A DNA stretch of 35,076 nucleotides from the IMG/VR virus record IMGVR_UViG_3300045988_128571, positions 1 to 35,076 of that record; one strand, written 5' to 3'. This stretch comes from a virus. A model generated the notes under the pieces. That model was not told the DNA's origin and did no database searches. It saw only the letters and a list, made by a program, of their open reading frames with translations. Made by a program: the position numbers and the translations under genes. This document shows positions 9,136 to 15,378 of this stretch, in pieces (position 1 is the stretch's first letter; every line of letters starts with the position of its first letter).

Positions 9136-9348
9136 ATGAAAAAACTCATCTTATGCATCTTTGCTATTTCTGCATTTGTTTTATCTGCAAGTACAGCTAA
9201 CGCTGCCTATGTTCGCGGGCATTATCGCTCAGATGGTACTTATGTACAGCCTCATTACAGAAGCAATCCGGATGGTAATCCAAACAATAATTACAGCCAT
9301 AAAGGAAATGTAAATCCATATACAGGAAAACGCGGAACACAGCGCTGA
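9136..9348 (+). CDS. Small secreted protein (70 aa) with tandem HYRS repeats; a moron
   Basis: Signal peptide MKKLILCIFAISAFVLSASTANA|AY. Mature part has GHYRSDGTYVQPHYRSNPDGNPNNNY...NPYTGKRG. It has its own RBS (gaaagaagg) and terminator, and is antisense to the surrounding early operon. Confidence 0.6.
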   Translation: MKKLILCIFAISAFVLSASTANAAYVRGHYRSDGTYVQPHYRSNPDGNPNNNYSHKGNVNPYTGKRGTQR

Positions 9349-9370
9349 AAAGAAAAACATGCTGACACAT

Positions 9371-9395
9371 GAGCCCCTTCGGGGGCTTTTATTTT
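9371..9395 (+). terminator. Rho-independent terminator of the moron
   Basis: gagcccc-ttcg-ggggctt hairpin followed by ttattttt. Confidence 0.7.
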
Positions 9396-9404
9396 ACGCC
9401 ATTT

Positions 9405-9418
9405 AACGAAATATCGTT
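9405..9418. promoter_or_regulatory. 14-bp palindromic operator candidate (distal copy)
   Basis: aacgaaatatcgtt (AACGA-N4-TCGTT) is the exact reverse complement of the 14-mer at 9638-9651. It lies immediately downstream of the cro-like stop. Confidence 0.45.
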
Positions 9419-9419
9419 T

Positions 9420-9617
9420 TTATTGGTGTAAAAAAAGGACTTCTAAGGGGATCTTACAACCCATAGCTTTTTTTATCGCTAAACATTCATCAAATTTAAA
9501 TTCTGAATTTCCTTTCATTTTGGTAACCAACGTTTGATATTTGATCCCCGTTTCCTCTGACAACCTGATTATATTCCATCCCAGCCGTGCGAGCTCTACA
9601 TTTAAATTTTTATACAT
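9420..9617 (-). CDS. cro: Cro-like XRE-family HTH regulator
   Basis: 65 aa. ELARLGWNIIRLSEETGIKYQTLVTKMKG helix-turn-helix. Divergent from the CI-like repressor and first gene of the minus-strand early operon. Confidence 0.75.
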   Translation of the reverse strand: MYKNLNVELARLGWNIIRLSEETGIKYQTLVTKMKGNSEFKFDECLAIKKAMGCKIPLEVLFLHQ

Positions 9618-9637
9618 TAGATCACCCCCTTTCTTGT

Positions 9638-9651
9638 AACGATATTTCGTT
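9638..9651. promoter_or_regulatory. 14-bp palindromic operator candidate (proximal copy)
   Basis: aacgatatttcgtt lies between the -10 element and the RBS of the cro-like gene. The 10-mer atttcgtttt recurs at 9644, 9676 and 9717. Confidence 0.45.
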
Positions 9652-9662
9652 TTCTGAATTTT

Positions 9663-9691
9663 ATGATATGCTATTATTTCGTTTTTGTCAA
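9663..9691 (-). promoter_or_regulatory. PR-like sigma-70 promoter for the cro/early operon
   Basis: The minus strand reads TTGACA-(17 nt)-TATCAT. The -35 is at 9686-9691 and the -10 at 9663-9668. One atttcgtttt repeat sits in the spacer. Confidence 0.6.
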
Positions 9692-9763
9692 CACTAATTT
9701 CATAAAATTTGTTGAAATTTCGTTTTTTATATGATATCCTACTTTCAAGTAGGAGGAATAATT

Positions 9764-10375
9764 ATGACGCGAGAGCAATACTTAAGAGCAAAAATTGAAG
9801 AACAAGGCACATTAAAATGGTTTTCTGATAAGATTGATATGCCATATAGCACCCTACTTTCAATTTTAAAAAATGTAGGCGGAGCCTCTATGGATAACAT
9901 TAATAAAATTTGCCATGGCCTAAATATCTTGTCTGATGATCTTAATTATTTAGCGGAGTCCGCATCTTCACTAACAAAAGGCGTACGCATTCCCATACTG
10001 GGGAAAGTTGTTGCTGGTATCCCAGTAGAAGCTATTACCGATATTGAAGGATGGGAAGAACTTCCCACTAAGATGGCTGCCGGTGGAGAATACTTCGCCT
10101 TGCGAATCAAAGGCTCCTCTATGGAGCCAAAACTACTGGAAGGTGATATTGTCATTGTCCGTAAGCAGAATGATGTAGATAATGGCGATACGGCAATTGT
10201 ACTTGTAAATGGTGATGAAGCTACCGTAAAACAAATAAAAAAGACCGATACGGGGATTATGCTTGTCGGTCTGAATGTAGAAGTATATCAGCCACATTTC
10301 TATACCAATAAAGAAATAGAACAACTGCCGGTACAAATCATAGGTAAAGTTATTGAATCACGGCACACGTGGTAA
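9764..10375 (+). CDS. CI/LexA-like repressor: N-terminal HTH and C-terminal S24 autopeptidase
   Basis: The AGGAGG RBS at 9751-9756 supports the ATG at 9764 (MTREQYL). VVAGIP is an Ala-Gly cleavage-site-like motif. GSSMEP holds the catalytic Ser and ATVKQI the Lys. GDIVIV is also present. Confidence 0.9.
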   Translation: MTREQYLRAKIEEQGTLKWFSDKIDMPYSTLLSILKNVGGASMDNINKICHGLNILSDDLNYLAESASSLTKGVRIPILGKVVAGIPVEAITDIEGWEELPTKMAAGGEYFALRIKGSSMEPKLLEGDIVIVRKQNDVDNGDTAIVLVNGDEATVKQIKKTDTGIMLVGLNVEVYQPHFYTNKEIEQLPVQIIGKVIESRHTW

Positions 10376-10394
10376 ATTGCAAAGGATTAATGAC

Positions 10395-10952
10395 ATGAGA
10401 CATCCCATATTTAAAAAAGCGGTACGGATTATCCTTTTGATTTTATTGATTATTTGTTCACACCCCAGTAATGCAGATGAATGGACTTTCATAAAAAATA
10501 CAAATGATAGGCAAATATATATTAAAAATGATGAGATTATACGGCTTAATGATGAAGTAACCGTTTGGATTGACATGAGATATCCCGATGATAGCTCCAA
10601 TTTATTGAAAGTAAGATTTAAGAAGAATAAACAGCATTTTGCCGTAATGCAAATATTCTCATTTTATCCCAATGGGCATATAGAAGATTCTGGAGACATG
10701 GGACTCCCAAAAGTATTAAATAAGGATAAAATTGACCAAAAAATAAAAATTGCTGCTGGGGAAACATTTGTAACTTCAGTTAAATCTGGATTTTCACATG
10801 AAGAAGCTCTTGCAATTGCAAATACAAAATTAGAAGAAGATCGGCAATATTTATACTCTCAAAATACTACCATGGTATATACTGAAATTCCTATTCTCCC
10901 AAACTCATGGCCTGAAGAAGTATATAATTATTTATTCAACCAAGGGATTTAA
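10395..10952 (+). CDS. Secreted protein or possible lipoprotein (186 aa); lysogeny-module moron and superinfection-exclusion candidate
   Basis: ATG at 10395 with an aaagga RBS. Signal sequence MRHPIFKKAVRIILLILLIICSHPSNA with a possible lipobox LIIC. The mature part begins DEWTFIKNTNDRQIYIKNDEIIRLNDEVTVWIDMRY. The stretch is visibly more AT-rich than its neighbours. Confidence 0.65.
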   Translation: MRHPIFKKAVRIILLILLIICSHPSNADEWTFIKNTNDRQIYIKNDEIIRLNDEVTVWIDMRYPDDSSNLLKVRFKKNKQHFAVMQIFSFYPNGHIEDSGDMGLPKVLNKDKIDQKIKIAAGETFVTSVKSGFSHEEALAIANTKLEEDRQYLYSQNTTMVYTEIPILPNSWPEEVYNYLFNQGI

Positions 10953-10993
10953 TCATGTCTCGTTAATTAGAATCACAGAAAGAAGGTATCCCA

Positions 10994-11185
10994 ATGCCAA
11001 AACATGACCCCAGACTTGATGATCTGGACTATATCATGAAAAATATGACAGGCTTCATGTGTAATCCTTTAGATCCCAATGCTCCGCCACCGACAAAAGA
11101 AGAACGCCGCGAACTTGCTAAAATAGTTCAAAAACAACTGATAGAAGATTCAGAAAAGGGAAATGGTAAAAATCCATTAGAATAA
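10994..11185 (+). CDS. Hypothetical small protein (63 aa)
   Basis: ATG with a gaaagaagg RBS. Follows the secreted-protein gene and precedes tandem terminators. Confidence 0.45.
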   Translation: MPKHDPRLDDLDYIMKNMTGFMCNPLDPNAPPPTKEERRELAKIVQKQLIEDSEKGNGKNPLE

Positions 11186-11239
11186 TCTTCAAATGCCTTT
11201 ACAAAGCACTTCATTATTTCTATAATGATTCCAGAACAA

Positions 11240-11297
11240 AAAACGGTTTTCCGTTTTGCGGGGATGGTTTCGTTATAGATACCATCCCTATTTTTTA
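11240..11297 (+). terminator. Tandem hairpins ending the repressor/moron transcription unit
   Basis: Hairpin 1 is aaaacgg-tttt-ccgtttt (11240-11257). Hairpin 2 is gggatggt...accatccc (11261-11288), followed by tattttttat. Confidence 0.55.
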
Positions 11298-11455
11298 TTC
11301 AATTATAAAATCCCGCCGCCATACCGCAAATATGACGACGGGAACCGGAACGATAGGGGTATCCTTCCGGTAGTTGTAACAACCCTACCACAGGCTGGTT
11401 ACGCATATATTATAGCACAATCAGCCCTATTTCAGAAAAGGAGCTGATTTTTATT

Positions 11456-12526
11456 ATGGAATATTCTTTTTCGACGCGTGAGAAGAACGGTAGTATCTGC
11501 CTCATTTTATCCTACAAGGTAAATAGTAAATGGAAGCAGAAAACCAAACAAGGATTTAAAACGCTGCGGGAAGCCAAACAATACCAAGATAAATTATTAG
11601 CTGCCGCAAAAGAAGATGCCGCCTGCGGAGCCGATCCGGAATTAGCGGACATTACCTTTGAAAGTTTCACACAGAATATATACTTGCGGGATAAAGAATC
11701 CTCTTTAGAATATAGCACAAAAAGGAACTATTTCTTTATGCTCCGTAGTATTCCTACCCTGTGCGATAAGCCCATACGGGAAATTACCGCCGGGGATGTG
11801 ATTAATGTCTATCAGGATATGGGACGATTCAGCGAAGGCACAAGAAAGAATCGTTTCGCCCAGATTCGTGCCATCTTTAACTATGCCATCAATCCGTATA
11901 AAATTATTACCGTCAATCCTGCAGACAGCGTCACACAGGTGAAAGATAAGACGCCCCGCCGGGTAAAAGCACTGACAGAAAAAGAATCATTGCAACTGCT
12001 TGACGCATTAAGTGATACATCCATTTTTTACATGATCGCTTTCATTGCTCTGAATACCGGCATGAGATACGGAGAAATAGCCGGATTGACATGGAACAGT
12101 ATCAATTTTGCCAGACAAACAATCACCATAGATAAACAGTATAACTGGATATCTCCCGAAAAACGGGGATTTAAAGCCGTAAAATCACGAAACGGAAACC
12201 GAACCATACATATGAATACGAAACTGGCAGCCAGATTAAATACGTGGAAACAGACCGTTCCCATATCTATTGACGGACGCGTTATCCCGACAACACCAAG
12301 TACACATGCCCTCATGAATAGGCAGCTGCGTAAATTAAAACAGGGAATTTCCGTTCATACCCTGCGACACACCTTTGCCACCATGCTTTTATCGAAATCC
12401 AAAGACATTAATCTCGTTGCAGCCGTTTTGGGGGACAATGTAGCCACTGTTGCGGCCACTTATATCCACTATACTGATGATATTCGCAAAGAAGCAGACC
12501 AATATATAGAAACCATGTACAAATGA
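11456..12526 (+). CDS. int: Tyrosine recombinase (phage integrase)
   Basis: 356 aa. TGMRYGEIAGLTW (catalytic Arg box) and HTLRHTFATMLL...AAVLGDNVATVAATYIHY (H-x-x-R ... H/Y) are typical of the phage integrase family. Confidence 0.92.
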   Translation: MEYSFSTREKNGSICLILSYKVNSKWKQKTKQGFKTLREAKQYQDKLLAAAKEDAACGADPELADITFESFTQNIYLRDKESSLEYSTKRNYFFMLRSIPTLCDKPIREITAGDVINVYQDMGRFSEGTRKNRFAQIRAIFNYAINPYKIITVNPADSVTQVKDKTPRRVKALTEKESLQLLDALSDTSIFYMIAFIALNTGMRYGEIAGLTWNSINFARQTITIDKQYNWISPEKRGFKAVKSRNGNRTIHMNTKLAARLNTWKQTVPISIDGRVIPTTPSTHALMNRQLRKLKQGISVHTLRHTFATMLLSKSKDINLVAAVLGDNVATVAATYIHYTDDIRKEADQYIETMYK

Positions 12527-12554
12527 ATTTTTGCCGTTTGTCTGCCGTCTACAT

Positions 12555-12586
12555 AAAAAATCCCTAAATTGCGGGGATTTTTTAGC
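12555..12586 (+). terminator. Hairpin plus T-run after int
   Basis: aaaaaatccc-taaattgc-ggggatttttt. Confidence 0.55.
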
Positions 12587-12744
12587 TTATACTTTTTCAT
12601 AGCATAAGCCTTATTAAGATATGTTGAGAATCGTTGTGTTTGTGTTTTGTCGATTTTACCGAGTGGCCAAGAAATAATGATAAAAACAATAACCGTTAAA
12701 ATGCGGTATTTTAGCTAAAATTTTTGCCGTATTTTTGCCGCCCA
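12587..12744. other. Candidate attP region
   Basis: Non-coding stretch bounded by convergent terminators, next to the int 3' end. ATTTTTGCCG occurs at 12527, 12720 and 12731, the last two in tandem 11 bp apart. Confidence 0.35.
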
Positions 12745-12774
12745 AAGAAAAAAAGAGCAGGGATTTCTCCCCGC
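12745..12774 (-). terminator. Rho-independent terminator at the end of the minus-strand late operon
   Basis: The minus strand reads gcgggga-gaaa-tccctgc followed by tcttttttt. It starts 8 nt after the stop at 12782. Confidence 0.6.
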
Positions 12775-12781
12775 CCGTCTT

Positions 12782-13380
12782 TTAATTTGCTTTGCAGAAC
12801 CACATTCGGAGTGCCAGCATTGCTCTATGTATACTTTGCACGTTATGAATTTTCCATCCTAAATATATTTTCCATCGGTAATTCGTGTTCAGGATCCGCA
12901 TGGAATTATATACTTTCCAATGTTTCAGATCCCGCGTAACAAGTATATTCCTCTCAAATTCTCCCGCCTTATAGTCATCAATAACAACAATATCGTCCGG
13001 ATTAATTGTCGCTCCGAACCAGTCAATTGCAAAACCATATGCACAGTTTCTTGACAGCCAGAAAACACGGCAGCAATACCGCTTAATCTGTCAATTAGCG
13101 GCAACGGTGCAATGTTGATTGACCGTTTTATTATTCGTCCGTAGTCCGGATCATATCGCTTTTCTGTCCGGTAATATTTATAGAAATCATACCGCATCCA
13201 GTCTGGAACATACTTTGTCACACAATCTTCGCTGTCACAAGAATCGTCCCATGTTTGCCAAAGACAAAACAATCCAGGGAGCTCACCGTTTTCATCGGCA
13301 AACAATACTACAATCGGATTGGTGATATAGCAGATTATCATAATGAGTAATTGTAACGGTGCATATAAAAACCATCTCAT
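12782..13380 (-). pseudogene. Membrane protein gene split by a single -1 frame change near 13081-13092. Either a pseudogene or a 1-nt sequence error. About 199 aa if repaired.
   Basis: ATG at 13380 with an AAGGAGG RBS gives MRWFLYAPLQLLIMIICYITNPIVVLFADENGELPGLFCLWQTWDD...APLPLIDRL. The protein-like continuation (Q)IKRYCCRVFWLSRNCAYGFAIDWFGATINPDD...NYRWKIYLGWK...MWFCKAN* lies in the -1 frame (12782-13090). The ORF-track continuation in the original frame looks like non-protein read-through. Confidence 0.6.
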
Positions 13381-13406
13381 ATAATCCTCCTTGAGTAGTA
13401 ATAAAA

Positions 13407-13889
13407 CTAATTTCTCGCAACAAGGAATCCTGCTATAAATGCCAATGGTGTTCCTATTGCCCATGCGTCACGTTGTCTTTTTGCCAGTCTCAATTTGTGC
13501 TTCAACTCGTCGATTTCTTTCTTCAACAATTCTAATTCTTTCTTGCACTCGTTGATTTCTTTCTTCGCTTCTGCCAATGAGATCTTCGCACTGTTTAATG
13601 ATATCTTGATTCTGCCCAATTCCATTTCTAAGCTGTTGCATTTCTTGAGTAACCTCTCGGCTTGTTCCCGTTGCTCGTTCGAGTTCAGCGTCAACATGCT
13701 CAAGTTCTGTTTCAGCATCGCTAATTCTGTCATCTGCTCTGTCCAGTCCGTTTTGAAGTCGTTCCATTCTTGGACTGTCATTGTGATGTATTCCGTAGTC
13801 TCCTCGGCTTGCAATAAAAACGATGGAGAAAATAACAAGAATGCACAAAATAATACTTTTGTAATGTATTTTGACAAAATTGTACACAT
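13407..13889 (-). CDS. Lysis-cassette membrane protein: N-terminal signal/TM, long coiled coil, C-terminal TM (XhlA-like or spanin-like)
   Basis: ATG at 13889 (MCTILSKY...) with a GGAGGA RBS, 2 nt after the upstream stop. Has LFCAFLLFSPSFLLQA|EE, the heptad-like AKKEINECKKELELLKKEIDELKHKLRLAKRQ, and a C-terminal AWAIGTPLAFIAGFLVARN. Confidence 0.55.
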   Translation of the reverse strand: MCTILSKYITKVLFCAFLLFSPSFLLQAEETTEYITMTVQEWNDFKTDWTEQMTELAMLKQNLSMLTLNSNEQREQAERLLKKCNSLEMELGRIKISLNSAKISLAEAKKEINECKKELELLKKEIDELKHKLRLAKRQRDAWAIGTPLAFIAGFLVARN

Positions 13890-13891
13890 TA

Positions 13892-14155
13892 TCAGTCCTC
13901 CACATTTTTTACACAAACGTTTTCCCATTTTTTATATGCATCAAGATATGTTTCTTTTTTGTCACCATTGTATGTGACTTCGTAGTACATTCCATCGGAT
14001 ATTGTCGTGCTTATCAACGCTTTCCAGTTCTGCAATGTTTTACTAAACCATACGATAAAAACTTCACTTTCTTTCAGTTTTTTATTATCTGTTATCTCTA
14101 CATGTTCATTGTAGTAATCGATAACGATCTGTTTTGCTTTTTCCTGATAGTTCAT
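13892..14155 (-). CDS. Small conserved-looking phage protein (87 aa) next to the endolysin
   Basis: VFIVWFSKTLQNWKALISTTISDGMYYEVTYNGDKKETYLDAYKK resembles a small family often seen in lysis regions of Firmicute phages. The family number is not asserted. Confidence 0.6.
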   Translation of the reverse strand: MNYQEKAKQIVIDYYNEHVEITDNKKLKESEVFIVWFSKTLQNWKALISTTISDGMYYEVTYNGDKKETYLDAYKKWENVCVKNVED

Positions 14156-14157
14156 TT

Positions 14158-14748
14158 TTAACCCTCCATCACGACATCCGCATCAAACAATTTTCCCTCG
14201 ATATTTTCGGATTTCGTATACTGCCAGATATGGGCACCCGGATAATCACATTTCGAATCAAACTGTGCACACCATATTGCACAGCCGCCCAGCTGATCAA
14301 CATCCAGAATATTCACCAGCCAATCATAACAAGAATACAGTCCCACATATTTATAGCCCGCATCCCACAAGCGATTAATGAAGACGTTGCAGATGTTTGT
14401 CAGTTCCTGATTATCCGGCATGCCATGACGTTCTTTGTAACCATCCCCATCTTCCATGTCGAACCATACGCCCATCGGCAATTTATCTGTAGTCAATCCG
14501 CACTCTTCAAGCGTCTGAATAACAAAATCCGCCTCGATACCTGCCACATCGTCAGATAATGCATAAGAATAATGGTAAATGCCGATTTTCATTCCTGCTT
14601 TTAACGCGCCGTTTACATTGTCATAAAATTGGCTGTCAAGATGTCCTTTCCCGTAACCAATACGGATGATGGCAAATTCAAAGCCTGCCGCTTTTACAGC
14701 ACCCCAATCCACCACTCCATTGTTTTCAGATACGTCTATTCCCTTCAT
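14158..14748 (-). CDS. GH25 muramidase endolysin, catalytic domain only
   Basis: MKGIDVSENNGVVDWGAVKAAGFEFAIIRIGYG...DSQFYDNVNGALKAGMKIGIYHYSYA is a GH25 signature. The ATG at 14748 with an AAAGGAG RBS is preferred over 14784. At 196 aa there is no room for a wall-binding domain. Confidence 0.9.
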   Translation of the reverse strand: MKGIDVSENNGVVDWGAVKAAGFEFAIIRIGYGKGHLDSQFYDNVNGALKAGMKIGIYHYSYALSDDVAGIEADFVIQTLEECGLTTDKLPMGVWFDMEDGDGYKERHGMPDNQELTNICNVFINRLWDAGYKYVGLYSCYDWLVNILDVDQLGGCAIWCAQFDSKCDYPGAHIWQYTKSENIEGKLFDADVVMEG

Positions 14749-15052
14749 TATTTGCCGCTCCTTTCTCTGCTGCATCGGAATCACCGTTCCGATTTTTGTT
14801 GACAGAAAATACTGATATAAAAGTAACAGCCCCGACTACTGCCGGAGCTGCATACTCTTTGAAAAATGTAATCAACTGTGCCGTATTAGCTGTTCCTGTT
14901 CGATAAAAATCATGAAGCCACGAAAAGAGAACCATGAAAAACAGAATCAGAAGTCCGGCCCCGTAGAGATACACTACTTTTAACGATGTGTTCGCACGTC
15001 TTGAAATACGTGGCACATACCGCGTCCACAGTTTTTTGATTTTCTCCATCAT
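14726..15052 (-). CDS. Putative holin (2 TM helices, charged C-terminus)
   Basis: 108 aa starting MMEKIKK. TM1 VVYLYGAGLLILFFMVLFSWL and TM2 YAAPAVVGAVTFISVFSV, with a basic/acidic tail. Its 3' end overlaps the endolysin start. Confidence 0.6.
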   Translation of the reverse strand: MMEKIKKLWTRYVPRISRRANTSLKVVYLYGAGLLILFFMVLFSWLHDFYRTGTANTAQLITFFKEYAAPAVVGAVTFISVFSVNKNRNGDSDAAEKGAANNEGNRRI

Positions 15053-15054
15053 GA

Positions 15055-15378
15055 TTAGTCATCCCTTTGAATATGAAGATGCTTGAGTTCTTCCATAATC
15101 GCCGTTCCCGTACCATTGCCGCCCAACCCATGATAAGCTTCATACATTGTTGATGCACGCTCCATTTCTGTGTAAGTGATATACTGCTTTTTCATAGCGT
15201 TGCTGTGGATCCCGATTAAACGGTCTTTGAGCAATGCCCGCACGCCATCTTCTGTTTTTTCTCTGTTTTCCTGTAGCCCCTTGGCTTTATTCCAAAGAAA
15301 ACCTACAGCCATTGATAAAACAACATATACAATATTACTGGCAATTGGCAGTAATGCATGAAAAAATTCCTGTTCCAA
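15055..15378 (-). CDS. Single-TM membrane protein (holin, antiholin or lysis accessory candidate)
   Basis: 107 aa with a TTG start after an AAAGGAG RBS. N-terminal TM ALLPIASNIVYVVLSMAVGFLW, then a soluble domain with HGLGGNGTG. Confidence 0.5.
   Translation of the reverse strand: MEQEFFHALLPIASNIVYVVLSMAVGFLWNKAKGLQENREKTEDGVRALLKDRLIGIHSNAMKKQYITYTEMERASTMYEAYHGLGGNGTGTAIMEELKHLHIQRDD

Noticed and set aside
10353-10394. TTG-initiated N-terminal extension of the secreted-protein ORF
   Set aside because: It overlaps the repressor 3' end. The ATG at 10395 has an RBS and places the signal peptide at the true N-terminus.
11256-11447. 63-aa plus-strand ORF upstream of int
   Set aside because: It has a TTG start inside a terminator hairpin, no RBS, and runs through several stem-loops. 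The region is more likely a non-coding leader.
12659-12671. ccgagtggccaag, which resembles the D-arm of class II tRNAs, within the attP candidate
   Set aside because: The flanking sequence cannot form an acceptor stem or the other tRNA arms. A 13-nt resemblance is insufficient, so it is not a tRNA gene. It could only be judged as an attB identity block with a host sequence.
12724-12939. 71-aa plus-strand ORF
   Set aside because: It is antisense to the protein-like C-terminal half of the split membrane-protein gene and runs through the late-operon terminator.
12925-13464. 179-aa ORF as listed in the track
   Set aside because: Its first 28 codons precede the RBS-supported ATG at 13380 and overlap the upstream gene's 3' end. 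Its last 50 or so codons are read-through after a frame change. I replaced it with the split gene at 12782-13380.
13468-13905. 145-aa ORF in a second frame overlapping the coiled-coil lysis gene
   Set aside because: It has no RBS before its ATG and overlaps the upstream gene. GAA/AAG-rich DNA keeps several frames open. The other frame has a strong RBS and a clean C-terminal TM. I kept it as a finding to test rather than a feature.
13495-13977. 160-aa plus-strand ORF antisense to the lysis-cassette genes
   Set aside because: The sequence is low-complexity and F/S/N-rich. It has no RBS and lies antisense to two well-supported genes, so it is a typical shadow ORF.
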